A stretch of 28,110 nt of DNA from Bacteriovoracia bacterium (lineage in GTDB: Bacteria; Bdellovibrionota; Bacteriovoracia; Bacteriovoracales; Bacteriovoracaceae): contig JBKHVI010000039.1 in the NCBI GenBank assembly GCA_046570105.1, positions 1 to 28,110 of the forward strand, written 5' to 3'. Position numbers and translations under genes: made by a program. Shown here piece by piece: positions 9,625 to 17,600 of this stretch. Within the stretch, counting starts at the first letter, position 1. Every line of letters starts with the position of its first letter. A model generated the notes under the pieces. That model did not search any database. It was given only the letters and a program-made list of their open reading frames with translations, and was not told the DNA's origin.

Positions 9625-11100
9625 TTAAAAAATATATTCCGAATCTTTGAAGTCATTAGGGTTAAAGCGTTCTTTCCACACAATATCCTCAGGGATTTCA
9701 CTCCATCTTTCTCTGATGGCCTGATTGCGGTCTTTGTCACACGCGAAGGAGCGCTCAGGAACACTCACCCAGGCTTCAAGCTTGGCATGCGACCCATGTG
9801 CATGTTCATCCCAACCTACATAGCGCCAGCGTTCTCCAGAAGCTCCTCTTAAGGACCTCAAAAAAGGCGGCAAGTACTTCATCGCATGATCGATGTCTTT
9901 CACTGAACAACTGGGTAAGTAACGAAGCAAATCTTCCATTGCTTCTTTTCCGACATTCGACATTCCCCAAGTTCTTCCAGTGCAACTATAGACCCAGCCA
10001 TTCTTATGCAAACGATTGAACATTGAAATCCAATGAATGAATTTCGTTTTCTCTTGATTCTCATTAGGGTTGCCGGGATAAACGACTCGTGAACAGGTAT
10101 AGAGTTCGCTATGATATTTGCGTAAGAAACTTCCGAGACGTTGGTTGAAATAGGTGGGCTTCTTGGCTTTTTTTAAGACATCCAAGGCTTTTGCATGAGC
10201 TCGTGCTTCATCACTGGTTTTAACAGGGCGATCAAGAATCGACTCGGCACCTACCTCATTCCATAATAAATCATAGACTCTGCTGCAAGAGCGCTTCATG
10301 GCAACGAGCTCTTTAGTCGTCAAGACGACTGAACGCTTTTGCATAAAATCCATGGCACTTTGCAAATCAACTAACTGCCCTATTTTCACAGCAGGATATT
10401 GTTTGTCAGCCACTTGATTTCTGCCATTGAGATTTTCTAATTGATTACGAACACTGTCCCAGTTCACGACTTCCGCAAGCTGTTTCGTAGTCTTGATGTT
10501 TTTCCATTTTGCTTCACGATCATAAACACCCACCAACACCATCCGGCCTGTCCATTCTTTGAGACCAGAACATTTTCCGCTAGGACAAATTTGTTCCACT
10601 ACCGCACCGACGATACGCGCTCGATAGAGAACCGGCTGCTCAATGCTAAGAATCGATTCTCCACCAAAAACAATGATGCGTTGGGGGCGATTGAGTTGAT
10701 CAAAATGCCGTGGCACCACACCAGTAGAAAAACTGGTGATACCAGAGATCTTACCGTCTTTTTTCCAGACATCAGGCTGAGAGCACATGAAATGGGAAAA
10801 GTGGCGCTGGCCGGTAGGAACATCTAAGTCATAGGCCTCTTCTGTGCCAGCGATGTGCAAAGGGAGAAAATTAATATGACTCATGGCCGGATTGAGTTCA
10901 GGAAGTGGATCGTAGAACAAGTGGGGCTGAGGCTGGCCATGCCAGTCGGCCAAACGAATATTCTTGTCCTGCGCAAACCACACGGGTTCAATGCGCGAAA
11001 GAATCAAGCTGTCGTCGGGCCCTGCACTTTTACGCCACGAGCAGCCGCCTTGCGCCAGCAAAATAACTACGAGTAAAAATTGACAATAACTCTTCATCAT
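9625..11100 (-). CDS. Cys-containing putative lipoprotein of unknown function
   Basis: MMKSYCQFLLVVILLAQGG-C signal/lipobox-like N-terminus. The longer ORF-track start (11178) runs antisense through the tRNA and was rejected. Confidence 0.8.
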   Translation of the reverse strand: MMKSYCQFLLVVILLAQGGCSWRKSAGPDDSLILSRIEPVWFAQDKNIRLADWHGQPQPHLFYDPLPELNPAMSHINFLPLHIAGTEEAYDLDVPTGQRHFSHFMCSQPDVWKKDGKISGITSFSTGVVPRHFDQLNRPQRIIVFGGESILSIEQPVLYRARIVGAVVEQICPSGKCSGLKEWTGRMVLVGVYDREAKWKNIKTTKQLAEVVNWDSVRNQLENLNGRNQVADKQYPAVKIGQLVDLQSAMDFMQKRSVVLTTKELVAMKRSCSRVYDLLWNEVGAESILDRPVKTSDEARAHAKALDVLKKAKKPTYFNQRLGSFLRKYHSELYTCSRVVYPGNPNENQEKTKFIHWISMFNRLHKNGWVYSCTGRTWGMSNVGKEAMEDLLRYLPSCSVKDIDHAMKYLPPFLRSLRGASGERWRYVGWDEHAHGSHAKLEAWVSVPERSFACDKDRNQAIRERWSEIPEDIVWKERFNPNDFKDSEYIF

Positions 11101-11120
11101 AACACGATGTTGTATCCTGT

Positions 11121-11212
11121 GCCCGGGTGGTGGAATGGTAGACACAAGGGATTTAAAATCCCTCGGCATGCTAAACACATCCGTACGAGTTCGAGTCTCG
11201 TCCTGGGCACCA
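11121..11212 (+). tRNA. tRNA-Leu(TAA), long variable arm, encoded CCA
   Basis: Acceptor GCCCGGG/CCTGGGC-A-CCA; D-loop GGAATGGTAGAC; anticodon arm AGGGA-TTTAAAA-TCCCT; T arm ACGAG-TTCGAGT-CTCGT. Confidence 0.97.
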
Positions 11213-11217
11213 TTTTT
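11192..11217 (+). repeat. att core, tRNA-proximal copy (attL)
   Basis: CGAGTCTCGTCCTGGGCACCATTTTT, identical to 20091-20116. Confidence 0.95.
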
Positions 11218-11272
11218 TTTCTACTTCAAATATCCTAACAACTTAGATTGAAAACACCAGCACTCTGAGAGT

Positions 11273-11294
11273 CGTTGTACTAGTTTTGTACTAC
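11273..11294 (+). repeat. Putative integrase arm-type site (tandem TTGTACTA)
   Basis: CGTTGTACTAGTTTTGTACTAC, identical to 19933-19954. Both copies lie inside the island ends. Confidence 0.8.
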
Positions 11295-12364
11295 GATCCC
11301 TCTGCCGTAAAGTTTACGCTGCTTACGACACGCTTGAGAAAGCTATTGTGAAGGTGGGCATACTTTTTTGTCGTCATCTCCACGCTGCTATGCCCAAGAA
11401 TTTTTGAAAGCCCGTATAAATCACCCTCAGGGGCCATGCAGACGTTAGAGGCAAATGTTCCGCGCAGATCATGAAAGCGAATCTTACTCACTCCTGCGCG
11501 CTTAATAGCTCTCGTGAATTCTCGCTCGGAGATATGTTGCACATCCAAAATGCTGCCGCACTTGGTGGCGAAGACATACTCCCTATGGCGCTTCTCCAGC
11601 TGAAGAGTTTTAAGTGCAACTTCGGTGGCGTGATTCATGGGGACGTAACGAAAGCTCGAACATGTTTTGGTAGATTCTCTTAGACCGTGGCGATCTCTGA
11701 CCCTTGAGACTTCAATCAGTCGATTCGTAAAATCAACTTTGTCCCACTTAAGCCCTCCTAACTCACCTCTTCTCATTCCTGTATTAAGTGCCACCACCCA
11801 AAGTTCATAAAGCTCATCCTGCATATTAGCTTTTAAGAACTTCGCAATTTCATCCGGCATCCAATACTTTGCTGCTCGCGGAGGAACTTTCTCTAGCTCT
11901 AAGTTTCTAAATGGACTCTTATCAATCACATCCCATTTCACAGCATCGTTTAAAATACCCTTGAGAACACACAAGGCCATATTGATCCCTTTCGGAGATT
12001 TATTCTTTGAACGAAGAGCAGAGACCACTTTATGGCCATGAATTATGCGCAAGTCACAAAGTCTAATCTTTCCGATAACAGGTAAAATATGATTTTCAAG
12101 TTGAGTTCGATAAGACGTTTGTGTTTTAGGAGATTTGTTGGAAACGCGTGTTTCAAACCAATCCTGACTAAACTCACTCAAGGTCTTGTTACTTTCCTGA
12201 GCAGCGGTCTTCAAAGTTCCACGCTGACGATCTACCAGCATTTGTTGTTTCCACAACTGAGCGTCTTTTTTGCGTTTGAAGGTTTCCGTCATCTGCCGGC
12301 CATCAATATAAACCTTGGCACGATAAGTAACGGAGCCATCTTTGTTTTGGTAATCAATAATCAT
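11291..12364 (-). CDS. Tyrosine recombinase / phage-type integrase
   Basis: TGMRRGEL (R), TKT (K), FHDLR (HxxR), LGHSS (H), KYAH (Y). N-terminal arm-binding-like region (YRAKVYIDGRQ..TFKRKKDA). ATG 12364. Confidence 0.96.
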   Translation of the reverse strand: MIIDYQNKDGSVTYRAKVYIDGRQMTETFKRKKDAQLWKQQMLVDRQRGTLKTAAQESNKTLSEFSQDWFETRVSNKSPKTQTSYRTQLENHILPVIGKIRLCDLRIIHGHKVVSALRSKNKSPKGINMALCVLKGILNDAVKWDVIDKSPFRNLELEKVPPRAAKYWMPDEIAKFLKANMQDELYELWVVALNTGMRRGELGGLKWDKVDFTNRLIEVSRVRDRHGLRESTKTCSSFRYVPMNHATEVALKTLQLEKRHREYVFATKCGSILDVQHISEREFTRAIKRAGVSKIRFHDLRGTFASNVCMAPEGDLYGLSKILGHSSVEMTTKKYAHLHNSFLKRVVSSVNFTAEGS

Positions 12365-12387
12365 GGAGAAACTCCTGTTATGCGAAG

Positions 12388-12412
12388 TCCCCACTTTTCC
12401 TCTTGTTGCCTA
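12388..12412 (-). promoter_or_regulatory. Motif upstream of int also present, inverted, near attR; candidate Xis-binding site
   Basis: Minus-strand TAGGCAACAAGAGGAAAAGTGGGGA versus plus-strand TAGGCAACAA-AGGAAAAGTGGGGA at 19987-20010. Confidence 0.6.
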
Positions 12413-12442
12413 AACCTAAATGTCAAAGAGCGAGCCATGACT

Positions 12443-12730
12443 TTAGCACTCGAGATTTGAATTGGGCATGAAAATTGATTTTTTCATATGTTGATGCAAT
12501 CCCTCTTTTGGAATCCGCACCAATGAGCCAATTTTAATATAAGGAATCTCTTTTCTAAAAATCGCAGTCCTAATTCTTGAGACCTTCATATTCAATTCTC
12601 TGGCGGCTTCCTCCACAGTTAAATAGGTGGGCACAGAATTAGATTCCAGTTTCTTGGGCAAATGAGATTGCTCCTTTAAAACATCCTCCACCATACCTTT
12701 GACGATTTGATACATCTCATAGCTACGCAT
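12443..12730 (-). CDS. Excisionase-family helix-turn-helix protein
   Basis: YLTVEEAARELNM...I....I...IPYIKIGSLVRIP is a typical Xis/HTH_17 pattern. GGAGG RBS before ATG 12730; adjacent to int. Confidence 0.88.
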   Translation of the reverse strand: MRSYEMYQIVKGMVEDVLKEQSHLPKKLESNSVPTYLTVEEAARELNMKVSRIRTAIFRKEIPYIKIGSLVRIPKEGLHQHMKKSIFMPNSNLEC

Positions 12731-12848
12731 AAAGCCTCCCCGCTCCCGACTTTGTTCCCGCTCCCGTTCCCGATTTGGTTCCCGTCTCCGTTCCCGATCC
12801 CGACCCCACTCCCGTTTTAATTCCTTCCTCACTCTTTAATTCATTCAT
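12723..12848 (-). CDS. 41-aa Gly/Thr/Ser-rich peptide, not in the ORF track
   Basis: TAAGGAG RBS, then ATG: MNELKSEEGIKTGVGSGSGTETGTKSGTGAGTKSGAGRLYA*. Its 3' end overlaps the xis start codon. Confidence 0.5.
   Translation of the reverse strand: MNELKSEEGIKTGVGSGSGTETGTKSGTGAGTKSGAGRLYA
12737..12814. repeat. Hexamer-periodic (N)TCCCG repeat tract
   Basis: About 10 TCCCG-like units in 6-nt register, including a duplicated unit with 24-nt period. Confidence 0.85.
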
Positions 12849-12867
12849 ACCTACTCCTTATAATTTC

Positions 12868-12996
12868 CCGCCCGCCTGTGTAATTTAGCTCTCTGTTATC
12901 TCTAGAAATTGACTCCCTACTCTCAACCTCGTTGTGGGTGGGGAGTCAATTTCGAGAAGGAGAAAACAAGAGCGATATCAAACACCTGGCGGGCGG
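12868..12996 (+). ncRNA. Candidate rod-shaped structured RNA or ssDNA hairpin
   Basis: CCGCCCGCC/GGCGGGCGG closing stem, GCTCT-TGTT/AACA-AGAGC, perfect GAAATTGACTCCC/GGGAGTCAATTTC, and an apical stem with two G-U pairs that form only on the + strand. Confidence 0.55.
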
Positions 12997-13122
12997 CGTG
13001 ACTCTGTGTTTAAGACCTGAATTGCAAGCTCTTGCACCTTACTTGCACTTCATTTGCACAAGTACGAACGTCCGTTTTTTTCTCAATGCGCTTGTACTCA
13101 TCTTCCATGGAGCTAATCCAGA

Positions 13123-13280
13123 ATTTCTCACTGTGGGATGGAAAACTCCTCACCACGGTGAGAAATTTTTCTTCTATCCATCTGAAAACACATTCTGGAA
13201 ACCATCCCACTGTGGGAAATCTGCTTTGGGCCATACATTTTTGGTGAAAAACCTTGTAGACCATCCCGCACAACTGAAAC
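13123..13280. promoter_or_regulatory. Array of palindromic operator-like sites, consensus CCATCCCACNGTGRGAAAT
   Basis: Copies at 13123-13141 (inverted), 13148-13166 and 13202-13220, with a partial copy from 13261. Lies between the divergent xis unit and the HTH regulator. Confidence 0.7.
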
Positions 13281-13290
13281 CCACCAGGGA

Positions 13291-14073
13291 ATGTTTATGA
13301 TTAAAGACTCAACAATCGACTTGAAAGACCTCCTTATGGAGAGCATTCGTCTTATTAAGCAAGCTAGGCCTCGTCTTTCAACTAATGCTCTCGCTGCAAG
13401 CCTCTCAATCCCAAGTTCGACCCTCAGTCGAATTGAGAATAGCGGTACAGCAAAGCCTGAGTTCAAGCACGCCATCGCCATTCTCAAGGCCGCTCACGGT
13501 GAGAAACTCGCCCACACTTTTGCTAAGCGCTATTACCCACAACTCGTCGTTGGCCTCGAACAAATTTACAAGGCCAACAAAGATACTCCATTCGCCGCAG
13601 TAGATTCGGAAAAATACTTCCAAGACCCAACGACCTATGAATTGATGCTTATGGCGACAAGCGGTACTGGGATACACCGCAAGGTTGTGGAGAGCGAATA
13701 TGGAAACAAGGGGCTAACAATTCTTGATGAATTGCTAGCAAACGAAGTCCTAATTGAAACTGACGGTGTGATTGCAATTAAAACTAATATCAACGCACGA
13801 CAAGAAACGGTTCATAAGCTCACCCAAAACCTCATCGCTAGGAATTATGATCTGGCAGCCTTCGGGAGAAAAGATAACTGGCTCTCGCTTCAATACGAAG
13901 CAGTTAACTTGGAAAAAGTCATGCCGGTACTCCATGAAATTATGGAGAGGGCTAACTCTGAGATCAGGGCTATCTTGAATGACCCTGCCTATAAAGGTAA
14001 GGATATAGTGTGGGCTTCGATGACAGCAAATTCGCTCAAGAAACAAGGTTCAGAGAAAAAGGTGTTCCAATAA
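13291..14073 (+). CDS. XRE-HTH transcriptional regulator, TIGR02147/DUF4423-like
   Basis: N-terminal LSTNALAASLSIPSSTLSRIENSG...P HTH, a central winged-helix-like segment and an alpha/beta C-terminus. The family assignment is from memory of the architecture. Start is 13291 or 13297. Confidence 0.75.
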   Translation: MFMIKDSTIDLKDLLMESIRLIKQARPRLSTNALAASLSIPSSTLSRIENSGTAKPEFKHAIAILKAAHGEKLAHTFAKRYYPQLVVGLEQIYKANKDTPFAAVDSEKYFQDPTTYELMLMATSGTGIHRKVVESEYGNKGLTILDELLANEVLIETDGVIAIKTNINARQETVHKLTQNLIARNYDLAAFGRKDNWLSLQYEAVNLEKVMPVLHEIMERANSEIRAILNDPAYKGKDIVWASMTANSLKKQGSEKKVFQ

Positions 14074-14077
14074 AGCA

Positions 14078-14245
14078 TTACTTCTCTTTCTCTCTTTTTA
14101 ATTTCTCCTGAATCTCTTTGAGCTTTTCGACATCTATTTCTTTTTTAGGCTTATATGGTTTTTTTTCAGGTACTATTTCTTCTAATTCACGCTTCTTATT
14201 AGTCTTGGGCGCCCATCTCTTTGTTTTATTGAAATTACTCTTCAT
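14078..14245 (-). CDS. 55-aa Lys/Glu-rich small protein, not in the ORF track
   Basis: AGGA RBS, then MKSNFNKTKRWAPKTNKKRELEEIVPEKKPYKPKKEIDVEKLKEIQEKLKREKEK*. Ends 4 bp from the regulator stop. Confidence 0.5.
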   Translation of the reverse strand: MKSNFNKTKRWAPKTNKKRELEEIVPEKKPYKPKKEIDVEKLKEIQEKLKREKEK

Positions 14246-14602
14246 AATTACGTTCCTAGAGCGTTAATAAATTACCCTGTAAGTCATAATGTTTTTCGGA
14301 AATATTGATATTTTTTTTAAAGGAATTCGTGGATCGTAAAAAACTGCGATGCTCTCTCAAGCATTGGCGGCAGGGTTCGGGGCTATCGGAATTAATAATC
14401 CGTATTTAACGAACGCTCAGGGGAATCGAAGGCCAGAAGCCCGGTGTCAGAACCGCCATAATCAACCGAGATGAGAACGGTTACGATAGAAGTTCATGAA
14501 AGTTTAAAAAAGCCTACTAAGTGTTCGCGAGATTAACTGAACTTCAACGAAATTACCTATTCTACCTGTGTTCATTCGATTCAGACTAATGAAGTTTATC
14601 TG

Positions 14603-17600
14603 CTAGAAAGGTATATCTTCCATCGTCAGTCGATCTTTTGTCTTAGTTCGTTTACCTTTTGCCGAGGGAACAATTCCCTTTTCTTTCATCCAATCTAAAG
14701 CAACCGAAAGCTGCTTTTCATTAAATCGCTTCTTACTTTTATGCCATTTATTCCGAAACTCATCAATTATCGCTGGGGTAGTCAAAGCCTTCTTAGAGAG
14801 AAGTATGTCTTTCCAGCAAGCATACAGAGTCGCCACAATTTCAACTTGATCTGTATTTAGAGGGGCAATGATACTAATAACATCATCCAATCTTTGGGCT
14901 TTAGCACCTATGATTTCTTTAGCTCTAAAATCAAAAATGCTGGCATTTTTTCCCGTCAAATAGCTTATCTTTTCGCCCTTTCCTCTCTTGGTTGAGCGAA
15001 CTTCAAAGAGATTGTACCTCTGGCCCAAAGCCTCTACACCTATTGTTTCATTGTATAAGCTTCTTTGATCCAAAGGACCGGCAATCTCCCTAGTGTACTC
15101 CGTCTTTAAATCCAAACCTGATTCTTCATCAAGTAAGTAAAAAGCTTTAGCAAACTTTACCCTTCCAAGATTTGGATCAGTTGAAAGAGCAGACGTTATT
15201 AAGTGTGCAATTGCCAATCTTTTCTCAAGAACTTTCTCAAATGCAGTTTTAGAAGGGATGATAAATTCTATAACGTTTTCAAGAGGCTTCTCTGATTGTG
15301 TCGCTTGAGGAAGATTCGAAATATCAAAATAGTTAAGCCCATCTTTCTTAAGAAGATAATTATTAAATTCCTCCTTAACAAGCTTAAGCTGCTCAGAAAT
15401 CTTATCCAATTGCTTTAAAAGTTCAGTGTCTTTGGTGTGTTCGGCATAATCCTGGATTTGTACAATTCCACTATTGCTTCGGAGTATCCCGTCTCCAACA
15501 AAATAGCTACATTTATAGCTGGTATAAATCTCATTACTCTTTTTGAAACGCTTCTTCCAAAGCAAGAATAAATCTTTAACTGATCTCACTAATATTTCTG
15601 CATCTGATTTGCCATCAGGTGAAAAATATTTATCCATATAGTTTGTCCAAAATGAACTCTTATCATTTGGACTAAGTGGATTCGGCACATAGATTTCTGG
15701 AGAACCTTTAACTGGATTATTTGCGGGAAAGAGTGTTTCCACACATTCATTTTCTGCAATTGCGATACTGAAGGACAATTGGGTCAATTTCCTTTTTTCC
15801 AATGCTTCATTAGAAATACCCCACATCTCAAAATTGTTTGCCCACATAGGATATCTGATGTGCTTAAAGCTTCTATTCATTGAATACCAGAAGAACATTT
15901 TCTTAGCCGACAACTCATCCGTTGCAGTAAATGCCCTGTTATCAGCTGGACCAGAAAAGCACCTGGTCTTTTGGAATTCCATGAACTGCGTGTTTAACCG
16001 AAACCACGGGAACCCAGAAGACCCCTTTCTGATTCGACAAGGCGTTAGATCATCAACAAACCCAATAAATGTTCCATCTGAATGTCCCAAGGTTTTCTTT
16101 CTTGAATGTCTGCCATCTCCTTTAGGGAGACCACATAAAAAAGAAGACTTTTGTTCATTTTCGTCTTTCGTTTTTTCTCTTTGAAAATCAAATCTCTTTT
16201 GCCCACTCCATTCTCGAATGTTTTGATATTGCTTACCTATTTCGACAGCAATTGATCTTTTATCAGCTAGGAACACTTCAGAATGCTTATCTACACTTTC
16301 CTTATCGTCCCAATTGATTGATTGCATTTCTTTCTTGCTAAGCCATGTTAGGTCAAGAAGAGGAATACTTCTATTCACATCAAGCCCGGCGTTTGGCCCT
16401 CTATATCTCCATATGGTAAAAGCAACAGGAAACTTTCCAGGAACATCGAAGTATTCTTTGCTATTCACCATGAACCCAGAAACGTCCTCAAAATTCCCAA
16501 CAATCTGATCTCGAAGCGCTCTGTGCACTGGCCTTGATGTAAGCCAAGGAATACCAGTAAAAAGCATTAAAAGTGTCTGTCCTGGAAGTCCTTTTTCCTC
16601 AGCAGCCTCTGCAAGAAGCTTCATCTGAGCCAAAAAGCAGTTGGAACGCTCGCCACTTGTATCCTTTCCTATCAGTTCGACAATACTACTGTGAGGTTGG
16701 TAATCAATTTCACCGTCGCTCTGATCGTCATCATTTTTGTAAGGAGGATTACACAAAATAGCGAGAGGCTTATCTGGCTTCTGTCCTTTTTCATTTAAAT
16801 ACTTCGTTAGGACACCCAAATACTCTTTTGCGCTTATATCAATAAAGTTTAAGCCTTTGCCTTCATTTACCTTTGGTACAACCGTGAATTTACCTTCGTG
16901 CCAAGCATCCGACTTCATTCTTTTTTCAACAATAAATAGCAGTTCAGGCTCAATTTCACTAACAACCTTATGCCTTAACTCTAGCGGTGACTTCCAGTTA
17001 GTGATCAGATTTCCGCTCCCGCAAGCGGGATCAATCACAAGGTGGTTCTTACCAATATCTCCGAGATGCTTTCTAACAAACCACATAGCAAACTTAGAAA
17101 GTGTAAGGTCTGTAAAAAAAATTCCATGCTTAGAGCGAAACTTTGAATCAACCGTGTCTAAGGCAGTGTCATACATCGCAAAAAAGTCATCTTCGTTTTC
17201 GCCTTCATTTATATAAATGTAATGGTTCTCAACGAACTCTTTGAACGCCATTCTTTTACCTGGAATGAGGTGATCAATGGCTTCTCCACCCAAAGTAGCC
17301 TGATGATTAATCTTATGACTTATTTCAAGTGTAGAGTTCTCATTCCATCCAAATAGCATGCTATAAAAAGCACGAACAACCATCATCGGTTTATTCTTGT
17401 CGAAGAACTGAACCATTTCTTTTAAAACCACTGGGAAATTCTTAACCGTTATTTTATGTCTAACCTTCTTTTGCTTTTGAACGATCAATTCAAATTCTTT
17501 TACTTGCTTTAACAGTACATCCGTCTTACTTGAGAACAAACCTTCAAGGAATTCACTTGGGAACATCCAGATACTTTTTTTCAAAAGCTTGATCTGGTCT

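Noticed and set aside
11101..11178. N-terminal extension of the lipoprotein ORF in the track
   Set aside because: It runs antisense through the tRNA-Leu gene; the signal peptide begins at Met 11100/11097.
12731..12832. Arg/Glu-repeat N-terminal extension of the excisionase
   Set aside because: The GTG start has a weak RBS, while ATG 12730 has GGAGG. The repeat is better explained by the overlapping small ORF or by a DNA-level repeat.
12868..12996. Retron msr-msd or SRP RNA
   Set aside because: No reverse transcriptase in the window, and the SRP GGAA tetraloop with its conserved internal loop is absent.
13148..13280. Bona fide CRISPR array
   Set aside because: Repeats are short and divergent, one copy is inverted, spacing is unequal and there are no cas genes. 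An operator interpretation is more parsimonious.
12932..13487. ORFs 12932-13300, 13010-13273, 13032-13247 and 13128-13487
   Set aside because: No recognisable motifs; they overlap the hairpin, the operator array or the regulator. A small Cro-like gene was sought and not recognised, though a short minus-strand ORF cannot be excluded.
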